The notes under the pieces were generated by a model. The model was not told where the DNA came from. It saw only the letters and a program-made list of their open reading frames with translations, and searched no databases. From Kiritimatiellia bacterium (lineage in GTDB: Bacteria; Verrucomicrobiota; Kiritimatiellia; RFP12; UBA1067), in contig JAFWKK010000042.1 in NCBI GenBank assembly GCA_017514235.1, forward strand, positions 73,483-137,482: a stretch of 64,000 bases of DNA, read 5' to 3'. The position numbers were made by a program, and so were the translations under genes. This document shows, in pieces, positions 9,124 through 19,302 of this stretch (position 1 is the stretch's first letter; every line of letters starts with the position of its first letter).

Positions 9124-10991
9124 TAGAGGACATATTGCCTTATGCCGTGGCGTGCGTCTCCACGCTGCTCCTGACGCTGTTTCTGACGCCGCTGGTGCGC
9201 GAGACTAACAGGAGGTTCGGCCTTGTGGACCGGCCTGATGCGCGTCGGATAAACAAGGTTCCGATCCCGCGCGGCGGCGGCATCGCCCTTGTGGCTGGAG
9301 TGCTGGTCCCCTACGCGGTATTCCATCTGGTGACCGGGCGCCCGTGGATTCAGGGAATATCCGATGCTACGGCCTACAAGGCCACGGCGCTTGCGGTAGT
9401 CACGGCGCTTGTCGGGTTTGCCGACGACATCGTGTCGCTGCGGTCGCGAGTCAAGCTTGCGTTCCAGCTCGTGATCGCCGCGTTGGTCTGGGCGTGGGCC
9501 GGGCTTGGCTTTCGCGTGCTCTGGCCTGCGCTGCCCGCATGGTTCGACTTCCTGATGACGGTGTTTTGGGTGACAGGAGCCATAAACGCCTTCAACCTGA
9601 TCGACGGGCTGGACGGGCTGGCCACCGGGCTTGCGTTCATCGCCGTCTTTGGCATGGCCGGTTCGCTTTTCCTGGCGAGCAATCCGCAGACCACGCTCTT
9701 CTACTTTGCGATGATGGGCGGGCTTGTCGGCTTCCTGTTCTACAACTACAACCCGGCGTCGGTGTTCCTCGGCGACTCCGGTTCCATGTTCCTTGGCTTC
9801 GTCATCGCCGTGCTGCCGCTCGCCTCCCAGACGCCGGACTCGTTTCTTGTTTCCGTCGGGGTCCCGATGCTCGCGATGGGCGTGCCGGTCTTCGACACGG
9901 CGCTGGCCATCCTGAGGCGTACCATAAGGCGAATGCTTGCCGGCAGCGGGGGCGCCGTAGACCGCGTGATGACGGCCGATACGGACCATCTGCATCACCG
10001 CATACTGCGGGCCGTCGGCCTCAATCAGCGCAAGGCGACATGGATCCTCTACGGGCTGTCTGCCACGGCCGTGATCGTCGGCCTGGTCGCGCTGTCGCTT
10101 AGGTCCCATGCCGCGGGGCTCTGGATGGCTGCGATGGCTGTTGCGGTGTTCATCATATTCCACGACATGTCCATCGAGTTCTTTGACGCCGGGCGGCTTC
10201 TCGGAGACATAGCCCACTCGAGCAACCGCAACGTCCGTCGGAGGCTCGCAGGGTTGACGGTGCCGTTTTACGTGAGCCTTGACCTGCTGGCGCTCGTCAG
10301 CGTCTTTTTCGTCTGCACGTGGGCGATGCGCATGGAAGTCAACCTGCGGACGCTTCGCACCGTGTTGCTTCTGAGGGTCCTGCCGACGTTCGTGGCTCTC
10401 GCCTATTTCAGGGCCTACAGCACCGTCTGGTCTCGGGCGGTCGCGTCGAACTTCGTGCGACTGCTTCTGGCCTGCGCCGTCGGCTCGGTTGCCGGCTCGG
10501 TGGTGATATACTACTGGCCTTCGCTGTCGGGCGAAAGGCTGAAGGCGATGACGCTGGCATATGCGGCCGTGTCGTTCGTCATGCTGGCGTCGGTTCGCGC
10601 CTTTCGCGGCGTCGCGCGCGACATTTTCTATGCGATCGACTGCTCGCGGCTGCGCAACCGGCGGGACGTCTCGCGCATCCTTGTCTACGGAGCGGGCCTG
10701 CGCTACCGCACGTTCCGTCGCGAGCTCGTTCGCAGCGCGTCCGCCAACGACCGCATAATCGTCGGCATCCTCGACGACGACGTCTGCCTTCGCGGAAAGT
10801 ACATAGGCGGAATCAGGATTCTAGGCACGATCAACCAGGCGCCCGAGATCGTCAACAGCGTGAACGCGGACACGGTCGTGATAGCCTGCGAAATCAGTGA
10901 CGACTGGCTGAAGGTCGTGCGCAGGATCCTGGAGCCTACCGGGGTGAAGGTCACGGTCTTCTCGTTCGCCGAGCGGGCGTTGCAGAGCTGA
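9120..10991 (+). CDS. polyprenyl-phosphate HexNAc-1-phosphate transferase (WecA/MraY family) with C-terminal CoA_binding_3-like domain
   Basis: MraY/WecA motifs NAFNLIDGLDGLATG and VFLGDSGSMFLGF; extra TM block; C-terminal ILVYGAGLRYRTF...IVGILDDD...GIRILGT...ADTVVIA resembles the Rossmann-like module of WbaP/WcaJ-type sugar transferases. Confidence 0.7.
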   Translation: MIEDILPYAVACVSTLLLTLFLTPLVRETNRRFGLVDRPDARRINKVPIPRGGGIALVAGVLVPYAVFHLVTGRPWIQGISDATAYKATALAVVTALVGFADDIVSLRSRVKLAFQLVIAALVWAWAGLGFRVLWPALPAWFDFLMTVFWVTGAINAFNLIDGLDGLATGLAFIAVFGMAGSLFLASNPQTTLFYFAMMGGLVGFLFYNYNPASVFLGDSGSMFLGFVIAVLPLASQTPDSFLVSVGVPMLAMGVPVFDTALAILRRTIRRMLAGSGGAVDRVMTADTDHLHHRILRAVGLNQRKATWILYGLSATAVIVGLVALSLRSHAAGLWMAAMAVAVFIIFHDMSIEFFDAGRLLGDIAHSSNRNVRRRLAGLTVPFYVSLDLLALVSVFFVCTWAMRMEVNLRTLRTVLLLRVLPTFVALAYFRAYSTVWSRAVASNFVRLLLACAVGSVAGSVVIYYWPSLSGERLKAMTLAYAAVSFVMLASVRAFRGVARDIFYAIDCSRLRNRRDVSRILVYGAGLRYRTFRRELVRSASANDRIIVGILDDDVCLRGKYIGGIRILGTINQAPEIVNSVNADTVVIACEISDDWLKVVRRILEPTGVKVTVFSFAERALQS

Positions 10992-11042
10992 CCGATGGCT
11001 TGTCAACTGAAAACCAAAACAAGAAAAGGAAGGAGAAAGCAG

Positions 11043-11393
11043 ATGAAGAAACTGATGATTGCGGCGATGCTGGCGGCGATGTCCGGCGGCGCATGGGCCG
11101 CCGAGAAGGCGTCCGCCGATGCGGCGCCGGCCAAGGCAGAGGCCAGGGCGGAAGCGAAGCGTCCGGCGCGTCCGGCGTTCGACCGCGCCAAGTTCGAGGC
11201 GCGCATGAAGCAGCGCCAGGCCGAGAGGCGGGAGAAGGTCGTCGAGATACTCAAGGCCGGCGGCGTGGCGGAAGACAAGGTGCAGGCGCTTGCGGGGGAG
11301 ATAGAAAAGGTCTATTCCGCCCGTCCGCCACGTCAGATGCCGCGTCGCGGGAAGGCTGGCGGCGAAGGGCCGCGTGCTTCCGGCGCGAAGTGA
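11043..11393 (+). CDS. small secreted Ala/Arg/Lys-rich protein
   Basis: ATG at 11043 with upstream GGAAGGAGAAAG; signal-peptide-like MKKLMIAAMLAAMSGGAWA; charged low-complexity remainder. Confidence 0.45.
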   Translation: MKKLMIAAMLAAMSGGAWAAEKASADAAPAKAEARAEAKRPARPAFDRAKFEARMKQRQAERREKVVEILKAGGVAEDKVQALAGEIEKVYSARPPRQMPRRGKAGGEGPRASGAK

Positions 11394-11397
11394 TTTT

Positions 11398-11406
11398 TGG
11401 TATAAT
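11398..11406 (+). promoter_or_regulatory. extended -10 promoter TGGTATAAT upstream of gspE-like gene
   Basis: -10 ends 9 nt before the ATG at 11416, consistent with a leaderless mRNA. Confidence 0.45.
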
Positions 11407-11415
11407 ACCTTGATA

Positions 11416-13107
11416 ATGAACGAGAGCGGTTCCCTGGCGACGATGATCCTGAAGTCGGCCGGCGTCTATTCGGACGAGGCCGTTTCCCGCATATTGTCGT
11501 CGCGCGCCGCCAACGCGGGCATGGGGCTCGCGGAGGCGGCAGTCAAGTTCGGCGGCGTGCGGGAGCGCGAGTTCCTCGCCGCCGTCGGGCGGGTGCTCGG
11601 GATGGACACCGTAGACCTCGAGCGCCAGAGCCCTAGCCCTGAGGCGCTGCAGAAGCTGCCGGCCTCAGCCGTCTACCAGTTCAACGTGCTGCCGTTCAGC
11701 CTCGATGCCGATGCGCTGACCGTCGTGTCGTCCGACCCGTTCGACACTGCGGCGGCGGACGGGCTTCGTCTCGTCGCAGGCTGCCGCGTGCGGACGGCGC
11801 TAGCGCCGAAGGAGGAGGTCGAGAAGGCCGTCAAGAAGTTCTACGGCGTAGGCGCCGAGGCCATCGAGAAGATGCTCGAGGACGACCGCTACGACGTGAG
11901 CGAAGAGTTCGGCGCGATGACGAAGATCGACGTGAACGAGATGGGCGAAGAGGCGTCCATCGTCCGTTTCGTCAACCAGATCATCGCCGAGGCCGACCGC
12001 CAGGGTGCGACCGACATCCACATCGAGCCTCAGGAGACCGAGCTGCGCATACGCTACCGCATCGACGGCATGCTGCACAAGGTGGACGTGCCGCCGCAGC
12101 TGAACCGGCTGAAGTCGGCCATCATCTCGCGCATCAAGGTGATGGCCAACCTCGACATCGCCGAGAAGCGCCTTCCTATGGACGGGCGCATAGGCATACG
12201 CATCGCCGGGCAGGACATCGACATACGCGTTTCCACCATGCCCGCGGCATACGGCGAGTCGATCTCGCTGCGACTCCTTGCGAAGAGCGGCAGCTTCGTG
12301 AAGATGCAGGACCTCGGCTTCAACGCGCGCGACTTCGCCGTGGTCGACAAGATCATACACCGTCCGAACGGGATATTCCTCGTGACGGGGCCGACGGGGT
12401 CGGGCAAGTCGACGTCGCTCTACTCGTTCCTCAGCGAGGTGAACAAGATCGACGTCAGGATCATGACCGCCGAGGACCCGATCGAGTACCACATGGCCGG
12501 CATCAACCAGGTGCAGATGCAGAGCGAGATCGGCATGACGTTCGCCAGGGCGCTGCGCGCGTTCCTGCGCCAGGACCCGGATATCATCATGGTCGGCGAG
12601 ATACGCGACCGCGAGACCGCCGAGATCGCGATCAACGCGTCGCTTACGGGCCACATGGTGTTCTCCACGCTGCACACCAACGATGCGGCCGGCGCGTTCC
12701 CGCGTCTCATCGACATGGGCGTGGAGCCGTTCCTGATCGCGTCAGCCGTCGCCGGCGTAATGGGCCAGCGCCTATGCCGCCGCCTCTGCCCGGAGTGCCG
12801 GCGCGAGGTGCCGCTCGACCGCAAGTACTACAACCTCGACACGCCTCCGGAGAAGGATACCGTGTTCGAGCCCAACGGGTGCGAGAAGTGCTCCAAGACC
12901 GGCTACAGGGGGCGCCGCGCGCTCTTCGAGGTGCTTGAGGTGGATGAGGACATCGAGGGTGCGATCGTCCGCCGCGAGAACGCGACGCAGATCCGCAACC
13001 TGTCGCTCTCTAAGGGAATGAAGACGCTTCGCGAGGACGGCTGGGCGAAGGTCTTTGCTGGCGTCACGTCCGTAAAGGAAATCCTCCGCGTGACGGAGGA
13101 GCAGTGA
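11416..13107 (+). CDS. type II/IV secretion system ATPase (GspE/PilB family)
   Basis: Walker A GPTGSGKSTSLY, Asp box, His box, and CRRLCPEC tetracysteine motif; N-terminal GSPII_E_N-like domain. Confidence 0.85.
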   Translation: MNESGSLATMILKSAGVYSDEAVSRILSSRAANAGMGLAEAAVKFGGVREREFLAAVGRVLGMDTVDLERQSPSPEALQKLPASAVYQFNVLPFSLDADALTVVSSDPFDTAAADGLRLVAGCRVRTALAPKEEVEKAVKKFYGVGAEAIEKMLEDDRYDVSEEFGAMTKIDVNEMGEEASIVRFVNQIIAEADRQGATDIHIEPQETELRIRYRIDGMLHKVDVPPQLNRLKSAIISRIKVMANLDIAEKRLPMDGRIGIRIAGQDIDIRVSTMPAAYGESISLRLLAKSGSFVKMQDLGFNARDFAVVDKIIHRPNGIFLVTGPTGSGKSTSLYSFLSEVNKIDVRIMTAEDPIEYHMAGINQVQMQSEIGMTFARALRAFLRQDPDIIMVGEIRDRETAEIAINASLTGHMVFSTLHTNDAAGAFPRLIDMGVEPFLIASAVAGVMGQRLCRRLCPECRREVPLDRKYYNLDTPPEKDTVFEPNGCEKCSKTGYRGRRALFEVLEVDEDIEGAIVRRENATQIRNLSLSKGMKTLREDGWAKVFAGVTSVKEILRVTEEQ

Positions 13108-13122
13108 TCACGGCACGGGCAC

Positions 13123-13926
13123 ATGGCGCAGGCGCAGCTTTTCGCGGACGAATACAAGGTGAACCTCGACGTCTTCGAGGGTCCCCTTGACCTGCTGCTT
13201 TACCTCATCCGCCGGGAAGAGCTCGACATCTACGACATTCCCATCGAGCACATCACGGCGGAGTACATGCGCTTCCTGGAGGACGCGCGGCGCCTGAACC
13301 TCGACATCGCCGGCGAGTTCATCGTCATGGCGGCGACGCTCATGGTGATCAAGTCGCGCATGCTGCTGCCCGTGAGCCGGCGCGTCGCCGAGTCGGACGA
13401 AGCCGATGAGTGGGTCGATCCGCGCCTGGACCTCGTGCGCCAGCTCGTCGAGTACAAGAAGTTCAAGGACGCCGCAGTGCGCCTTGAGCTCCTCGAGGCC
13501 CGCGCCGCGAACTCGTTCGACTACGGCGGCGGACGGCCCAAGTTCGAGAAAACTGCCGCCGACGCGCTCGGCGCGCTCGCCGGGCTGGACCTCTACGACC
13601 TGCTGACCGCGTTCCAGTCGGTCCTTGCGCGGGCGAACGAGATTCCGCACGAGGAGCTGAAGGGCGTGCGCTACTCTGTGCCGGACAAGATGGACTACGT
13701 CATTGACCGCGTCCGGCGCGAGAGGCAGGTTTCGTTCCTCTCGCTCTTCGACCCCGAACGGTCCCCGAAGGGAGAGATAATCGTCACGTTCCTCGCTTTG
13801 CTGGAGCTGCTGCGGCAGCATCGCGTGATAGTCTACCAGAACGCGGCGTTTCACGAGATTACGATCCTCGTTTCGAAGGAGGATCCGCAGGACAGGCCGC
13901 TGGAGAGGCCCGACGACTATGAGTGA
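13123..13926 (+). CDS. scpA: segregation and condensation protein A
   Basis: N-terminus FEGPLDLLLYLIRREELDIYDIPI is a typical ScpA kleisin. Confidence 0.85.
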   Translation: MAQAQLFADEYKVNLDVFEGPLDLLLYLIRREELDIYDIPIEHITAEYMRFLEDARRLNLDIAGEFIVMAATLMVIKSRMLLPVSRRVAESDEADEWVDPRLDLVRQLVEYKKFKDAAVRLELLEARAANSFDYGGGRPKFEKTAADALGALAGLDLYDLLTAFQSVLARANEIPHEELKGVRYSVPDKMDYVIDRVRRERQVSFLSLFDPERSPKGEIIVTFLALLELLRQHRVIVYQNAAFHEITILVSKEDPQDRPLERPDDYE

Positions 13927-14647
13927 CGAAGTCAAGATGCCCCTGCCGGGCTCCCTGCAGGAGATTGTGGGCGCGCTTCTCTTCGCGAGCGAAACGCCGC
14001 TGACCGCGGCCGAGCTGCGCGAGGCCGTGCGCGCGGTTGACGCCGAGGACGGCGAGAACCGCGAGATCATGGACGTCTACCGCACGTGCACGGCTAAGGA
14101 GATCGACGCCGCGCTGCGCGGGCTCGAGAAGGCGCTTGAAGTGGCAGGCTCGGGCTTCAGGCTCGTCTGCACGGGCGGCGCATACAGGCTCCAGACCGCG
14201 CCCAGCTGCGGCCGCTACGTGCGGGCGCTCCTGCGGCTGGACAGGCCGAACCGCCTCGGGCGCGCGTCGCTTGAGGCGCTGGCCATCATCGCATACCGCC
14301 AGCCGCTCACCAAGAGCGAGATAGAGGACATACGCGGCGTTGACGTGACGGCGAACCTGAAGACGCTGATGGACCTTCAGCTGATCAGGCTGGTCGGGCG
14401 TTCGGAACTGCCGGGACATCCGTTCCTGTACGGAACGACGCCGCTGTTCCTGGACCATTTCGGGCTGTCATCGCTCCAGCAGCTTAACGAAATCGACCCG
14501 ACGCTCCAGCGTTCCAACCCGAGGCTGAAGGCGGAGCAGTACCGCAAGGAGAAGAAAGATGAGAAGGAACCGGAACAGACTACTTCCGCGCCTGCCGGCG
14601 ACGGCGTGGGCGGCGCTGGCAGCCCTGACGGCCCTGACGGCGTGTGA
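13919..14647 (+). CDS. scpB: segregation and condensation protein B
   Basis: ScpB-like winged-helix region (GALLFASETPLTAAEL...LEALAIIAYRQPLTKSEIEDIRGVD); overlaps the scpA stop; low-complexity acidic/Gly C-terminal tail. Confidence 0.75.
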   Translation: MSDEVKMPLPGSLQEIVGALLFASETPLTAAELREAVRAVDAEDGENREIMDVYRTCTAKEIDAALRGLEKALEVAGSGFRLVCTGGAYRLQTAPSCGRYVRALLRLDRPNRLGRASLEALAIIAYRQPLTKSEIEDIRGVDVTANLKTLMDLQLIRLVGRSELPGHPFLYGTTPLFLDHFGLSSLQQLNEIDPTLQRSNPRLKAEQYRKEKKDEKEPEQTTSAPAGDGVGGAGSPDGPDGV

Positions 14648-15518
14648 CCCCGCCGCCACGCGCGACGTGCGCGGCGAAAGGGAAGATCGCCACTATCAGG
14701 CGGCTGTGGAGGACTACAAGGCCGGCCGCGTGGATGCGGCGGCGAAGGGTTTCGAGGCGGCGATACGCGCCGACCCGGCCAATGCCGAAGCCCGTTTCCA
14801 GCTTGGCTGCCTCCTGCACGACGCGAAAAAGGACGCGGCAGGGGCGTTCTGCGCCTACCGCGAGTATCTCATGCAGCGTCCCGACGGCGACAAGGCCGCG
14901 CTCGCCAGGCAGCGGCTGTCCGTATGCGAACGCGAACTCGCAGCGGCTCTGGCGGAACGCCACAAGCTTGTCGCCGATCCGGCCATAGCCGAGGCGCAGG
15001 AGGCGTTGCGCAAGGAGGTCAAGGAGGCTAGGGCGCATGTGGCGCAGCTTGAGAAGGAACTTGCCGCTGCTAAGGCCAGCATGGAGGCGATGGCGGCCGA
15101 GCGCTTCCGCCTTCTCGCTGCCGTCCGCGGCGAAGACGAGCCGGCCGTCGCCTCCGCTGGCCCGGACGTCAAGGAAGTGAAGGACCTGCTGGAGGAGGAG
15201 AACGAGAGCTCGAACCACGTCGCCATCGTTGACGACGCAGCGCTCCTTCGCCGCGAGGGGTCGGCCGAGATCACGACCGGCTCGCTGCTGCTTCCTCCTC
15301 GTGCGACAGGCGATGTCGTAAGGGCGGAGAAAAAGGCGGACGGCAAGGCTGCGGTCCGTCCTCCGACCTACGAGGTCCAGGAAGGCGACACGCTCTACAA
15401 GATCGCAGTCCGCTTCTACGGCAGCATTCGGGCGTGGCGCATGATCCGCGACGCCAACAAGACCCTTATCTCGACGGACGGCCGCGTGCAGGCCGGCGAC
15501 ACTATCCGGCTTCCGTAG
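14559..15518 (+). CDS. lipoprotein with coiled-coil/TPR-like region and C-terminal LysM domain
   Basis: lipobox LTALTAC after a basic N-terminus; C-terminal YEVQEGDTLYKIA...GDTIRLP is a LysM motif. Confidence 0.6.
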   Translation: MRRNRNRLLPRLPATAWAALAALTALTACDPAATRDVRGEREDRHYQAAVEDYKAGRVDAAAKGFEAAIRADPANAEARFQLGCLLHDAKKDAAGAFCAYREYLMQRPDGDKAALARQRLSVCERELAAALAERHKLVADPAIAEAQEALRKEVKEARAHVAQLEKELAAAKASMEAMAAERFRLLAAVRGEDEPAVASAGPDVKEVKDLLEEENESSNHVAIVDDAALLRREGSAEITTGSLLLPPRATGDVVRAEKKADGKAAVRPPTYEVQEGDTLYKIAVRFYGSIRAWRMIRDANKTLISTDGRVQAGDTIRLP

Positions 15519-15801
15519 CATGAGCGCAATCCACACGACAGTCGTCACGGACGCCCACGCCTACACGCGCTCCAACAGCCCGTGGATTCTCGGCGAGCAT
15601 CGCTCGGTGTACGGCAAGCTGATACATTACCTCGCCGGCGGAGGCATGGAGGCGTTCGGGCGGACCGTCCGCCAGGAGGAGGTAAGGCGGTGCCAGATTC
15701 GCTTCCTGACGGCAGCGGCGGCCCTGGCGGTCGCATGGCTGCTGTTCCTGGTTTTCTGAAAACAACGTGAACGTAAAAGCAACTGGAAGGAGAAAAACAA
15801 G

Positions 15802-16329
15802 ATGAACAAGATGGCAGTTGTCTCGGTCTGCATGGCGGCTTGCTCGGTCGCGTTCGCACAGGGCAGGGACGATTTCATGCGCCAGCAGGCGTATGCGGAG
15901 ATGCAGCGCGTCTCGGGGCAGGTGGACGTTCTGCAGTCAAACCTTGGCGAGCTTCAGAACCGTGTCGGACGGCTCGAGGGCGGCGGTGACACACGGGCCC
16001 TCCGCCAGGAGATTGACGCGCTCAAGGCGTCCGTCGCCGAAATCCGTCGCGAAATGAGGAACATGCACGGCGAGATCGTAAAGGAACTTTCCGCGAAGTT
16101 CGCCGTCATGCTCAAAACAGTTACGCCGCCCGCTCCGCCTCCGGCGCCCAGGCAGCCGCCGAAGCCGTCGTACACCGGCCCGTGCAAGGAATACGTCGTC
16201 GAAGGCGGCGACACGCTGTCTGTGATAGCAGAGGCATTTGGCACTACTGTGCCAAAGCTAAGGGAAATGAACAACCTCAAGGGCGACAGGCTGAGCATCG
16301 GGCAGAAGCTGCTCGTGCCGAAGAAGTAA
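15802..16329 (+). CDS. secreted coiled-coil protein with C-terminal LysM domain
   Basis: signal peptide MNKMAVVSVCMAACSVAFAQ; C-terminal YVVEGGDTLSVIA...GQKLLVP is LysM; RBS-like GGAAGGAG upstream. Confidence 0.65.
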   Translation: MNKMAVVSVCMAACSVAFAQGRDDFMRQQAYAEMQRVSGQVDVLQSNLGELQNRVGRLEGGGDTRALRQEIDALKASVAEIRREMRNMHGEIVKELSAKFAVMLKTVTPPAPPPAPRQPPKPSYTGPCKEYVVEGGDTLSVIAEAFGTTVPKLREMNNLKGDRLSIGQKLLVPKK

Positions 16330-16340
16330 GGACAGGACAG

Positions 16341-17642
16341 ATGAAGATACTTGTCGTAGGGTCCGGCGGACGCGAACACGCCATTGCGTGGCGTCTCGCG
16401 CAGGATGAGGAGCGTCACGAGATATGCTGCGCACCAGGCAACGCCGGCACCGCCGCCGTCGCGACAAACGTCGCCATTGGCGCGGAGGACGTTGCGGGCA
16501 TTGTCGCGTGGGCGAGGGACGCGCGGCCAGATCTCGTCGTCGTCGGCCCGGAGGCGCCGCTCGTCGCCGGCCTTGCGGACGCCCTTCAGGCCGAGGGGAT
16601 CGTCGTGTTTGGCCCGACGGCCGCCGGCGCCCGCATGGAAGGGTCGAAGCGCTTTGCCAAGGAAGTGATGGACGCCGCCGGCGTGCCTACCGGCAAGGCA
16701 GAGACGTTCACCGACCCCGTGAAGGCCAAGGCAGCGCTTCCGGCGTTCGGCCTTCCCGTCGTCATCAAGGCGGACGGGCTCGCGGCCGGTAAGGGCGTCG
16801 TCGTTGCCGAGACGGCTGCGCAGGCCGAGGCCGCGATAGACGACATGCTCGTCGGCAACCGCTTCGGCAAGGCCGGCGCGGAAGTCCTCGTCGAGGAGTT
16901 CCTGTATGGCGAGGAGTGTTCGATTCTCGCACTCGTCGACGGCGAGAACGCCGTGCTGCTGCCGAGTTCGCAGGACCACAAGCGCGTCTTCGACGGAGAC
17001 AAGGGGCCGAACACTGGCGGCATGGGAGCGTATTCGCCTGCGCCGGTCGTCACCGCCGACAAGCTGCCTGCAATCAGGGAGAAGATCATCATGCCTGTCG
17101 TCCGCGAGCTGAAGAGGCGCGGCATCACCTACAGGGGCGTTCTCTACGCCGGGCTGATGGTTAACGACGAAAACGCGAATCCGCACGGTCCGCTCGCGAA
17201 GAGCGGCTCGACCGTGAACGTCGTAGAGTTCAACGCCCGCTTCGGCGACCCCGAGACGGAAGCCGTGCTGCCGCGACTTGGCGGCAGCTTCGCGCAGGCG
17301 CTCCTGAATGCCGCGACGGGCCGTTTGAGCGAGTCCGACGTGACGGTTTTGCCTGAGGCCGCGGCGACCGTCATCTGCGCGTCCGGCGGCTATCCCGGAG
17401 CCTACGAGAAGGGCAAGCCGATCTCCGGACTTGCGGACAATCCGGCGCTCGTATTCCATTGCGGCACGAAGGAGTCGGGCGGACAGGTCGTCACCTCGGG
17501 AGGGCGCGTCCTCTCCGTGACCGGGCGCGGTGCGACACTGCGCGAGGCGGTAGACCGCGCCTACGAAGGAGTGGACAGGATTTCCTTTGACGGAATGTTC
17601 TGTCGGCGTGACATCGCCCACCGGGCGTTCGAGCGCGGTTGA
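16341..17642 (+). CDS. purD: phosphoribosylamine--glycine ligase
   Basis: [19 protein letters not shown]... is the canonical PurD N-terminus; ATP-grasp core; start chosen at the ATG after GGACAGGACAG. Confidence 0.9.
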   Translation: MKILVVGSGGREHAIAWRLAQDEERHEICCAPGNAGTAAVATNVAIGAEDVAGIVAWARDARPDLVVVGPEAPLVAGLADALQAEGIVVFGPTAAGARMEGSKRFAKEVMDAAGVPTGKAETFTDPVKAKAALPAFGLPVVIKADGLAAGKGVVVAETAAQAEAAIDDMLVGNRFGKAGAEVLVEEFLYGEECSILALVDGENAVLLPSSQDHKRVFDGDKGPNTGGMGAYSPAPVVTADKLPAIREKIIMPVVRELKRRGITYRGVLYAGLMVNDENANPHGPLAKSGSTVNVVEFNARFGDPETEAVLPRLGGSFAQALLNAATGRLSESDVTVLPEAAATVICASGGYPGAYEKGKPISGLADNPALVFHCGTKESGGQVVTSGGRVLSVTGRGATLREAVDRAYEGVDRISFDGMFCRRDIAHRAFERG

Positions 17643-17649
17643 CAGGCCG

Positions 17650-18390
17650 ATGCGCATCGTCTCCCTGGCAAGCGGTTCGGCCGGAAACGCCACGGTCGTC
17701 GAACATGACGGATCGGCGATTCTCGTAGACTGCGGCGTTCCGTACTGTATGCTGAAGAACTGCTCCATGGATGCGGTGCTGATTACGCATTCGCACATAG
17801 ATCACGTAAAGGGGCTAAAGACCCTGCTCCGTCGCCGCGACATTCCGGTGTACGCGAACTTCATGACGGCGGAAGCTGTGGCCAGCGCATACGGCGTTCC
17901 CGAGTCGGCGTTCGTATGTTTCGAGAACGGGCAGCCTTTCGACGTCGGCGCGTTTTCCGTCAGGGCGTTTTCGATTCCGCACGACACGAGCGACCCGGTA
18001 GGCTATCTGGTCAGCGCCGGAGGCGTCACCTACTTCCACGGCACCGACATAGGGACTCCGCTAGACTCGATCGGGCTGAAGCTCGCCGAGGCCGACGTGG
18101 CGACGTTGGAGTCCAACCACGATCCGGAGATGCTCCGCACTAGCGGACGGCCCCCATGCCTCATACAGCGCATCGCCGGTCCGCGCGGACATCTGGCGAA
18201 CGAGCAGGCCTGCGACCTTGTGCGCCGTTTCGCTTCTCCTCGCCTTAAGCGCCTTGCGCTCGCCCACCTCTCCGGCGAATGCAATTCGCCGCACCTTGCG
18301 TTCGATGCCATGCGATCGACGCTGCTTGAGATGGGCCGTGGCGACGTTGTCCTCAAGACGCTCAGTCAAGATGGAGCGGTGGAGATATAG
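17650..18390 (+). CDS. MBL-fold metallo-hydrolase
   Basis: ITHSHIDHVKG metal-binding motif; about 246 aa. Confidence 0.7.
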   Translation: MRIVSLASGSAGNATVVEHDGSAILVDCGVPYCMLKNCSMDAVLITHSHIDHVKGLKTLLRRRDIPVYANFMTAEAVASAYGVPESAFVCFENGQPFDVGAFSVRAFSIPHDTSDPVGYLVSAGGVTYFHGTDIGTPLDSIGLKLAEADVATLESNHDPEMLRTSGRPPCLIQRIAGPRGHLANEQACDLVRRFASPRLKRLALAHLSGECNSPHLAFDAMRSTLLEMGRGDVVLKTLSQDGAVEI

Positions 18391-19231
18391 GCAGATTCCG
18401 GCTTTGGCCTGTTGCTTGGCTCTTGCCGGGTGCGGTAACGTTGAGAGCGACCGTGTCGAATGGACGGTGATGGGCACTGTCGCGGCGTTGCAGACTCGTG
18501 GAGTCGGCGATGTCTCGAAGGTTAAGGCGCTGGTCGAGGAGACCAAGTCCATTTTCGGCGAAGTGGAGCGGCGGCTCAACGCCCATTGCCCGACGTCCGA
18601 TGTGAGCCGGCTCGCGGCGCTTCCGCAGGCGGACGTGCCGTTGCGGTGCGCCGCGGCGGACCGCCCGTGCTATGAGGCGGCGTTCAGGCTGATGAAGGCG
18701 TCGGGCGGTGCGTTCAATCCGCGTTGGCGCGGTCCTGGCACCCTTGACCTCGGCGCCATAGCCAAGGGCTTCGCTGCAGACCTCGCGGCGGACGCCGCCG
18801 GCGCAGTCGGCGTCGACGCGCTCGTCGATCTCGGTGGGAACCTCAAGGCTGCGCGAAGTTCGTCCAGGCCATGGCGGACAGGAGTGAAAGATCCCAACGG
18901 AAACGGTTTCGCTGCCGTCGTGGAGCTTCGTGGGGGCGAAGCTCTTGCGACGAGCGCCACGTATTTCCGCGGCAGCCACATCTTTGACGGGCGGACGGGA
19001 AGGGCTGTGACTAACGGTGTCGCGTCGGTGACGGTCCTTTGCGAATCGGCGATGTGGGCAGACGGACTCTCCACAACGCTTTTTGTGCTTGGCCCTGAAG
19101 ATGGACGTGCATTTCTTGTGAATATAATCCGTTCCGGACATGTTCCGGGCGGAGCGCCACCGGCAGCGCTCTGGATTCTTGACGATGGCCGTCAGGTCAA
19201 GCACGATCCAGACCGCCGCTTCCGACATTAA
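18371..19231 (+). CDS. FAD:protein FMN transferase (ApbE family) lipoprotein
   Basis: lipobox LALAGC; early VMGT motif and overall length typical of ApbE; the family call is moderate. Confidence 0.55.
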   Translation: MERWRYRQIPALACCLALAGCGNVESDRVEWTVMGTVAALQTRGVGDVSKVKALVEETKSIFGEVERRLNAHCPTSDVSRLAALPQADVPLRCAAADRPCYEAAFRLMKASGGAFNPRWRGPGTLDLGAIAKGFAADLAADAAGAVGVDALVDLGGNLKAARSSSRPWRTGVKDPNGNGFAAVVELRGGEALATSATYFRGSHIFDGRTGRAVTNGVASVTVLCESAMWADGLSTTLFVLGPEDGRAFLVNIIRSGHVPGGAPPAALWILDDGRQVKHDPDRRFRH

Positions 19232-19283
19232 AAAATTTTTTTAAATTCTTCAAAATTCCCTATTGCAATTCGGTGGGGGAAAG

Positions 19284-19291
19284 TGTATAAT
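19284..19291 (+). promoter_or_regulatory. extended -10 promoter TGTATAAT upstream of mraZ in an AT-rich intergenic region
   Basis: AT-rich 19240-19300 with TGTATAAT; ATG at 19303 lies 11 nt downstream (leaderless). Confidence 0.5.
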
Positions 19292-19302
19292 GGTGTCAGA
19301 AA

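Noticed and set aside
15520-15759. Small ORF 15520..15759 (79 aa) between the two LysM genes
   Set aside because: It has no recognisable motif, sits in an intergenic spacer, and overlaps antisense ORFs. It is possibly real but unsupported, so it is not reported as a feature.
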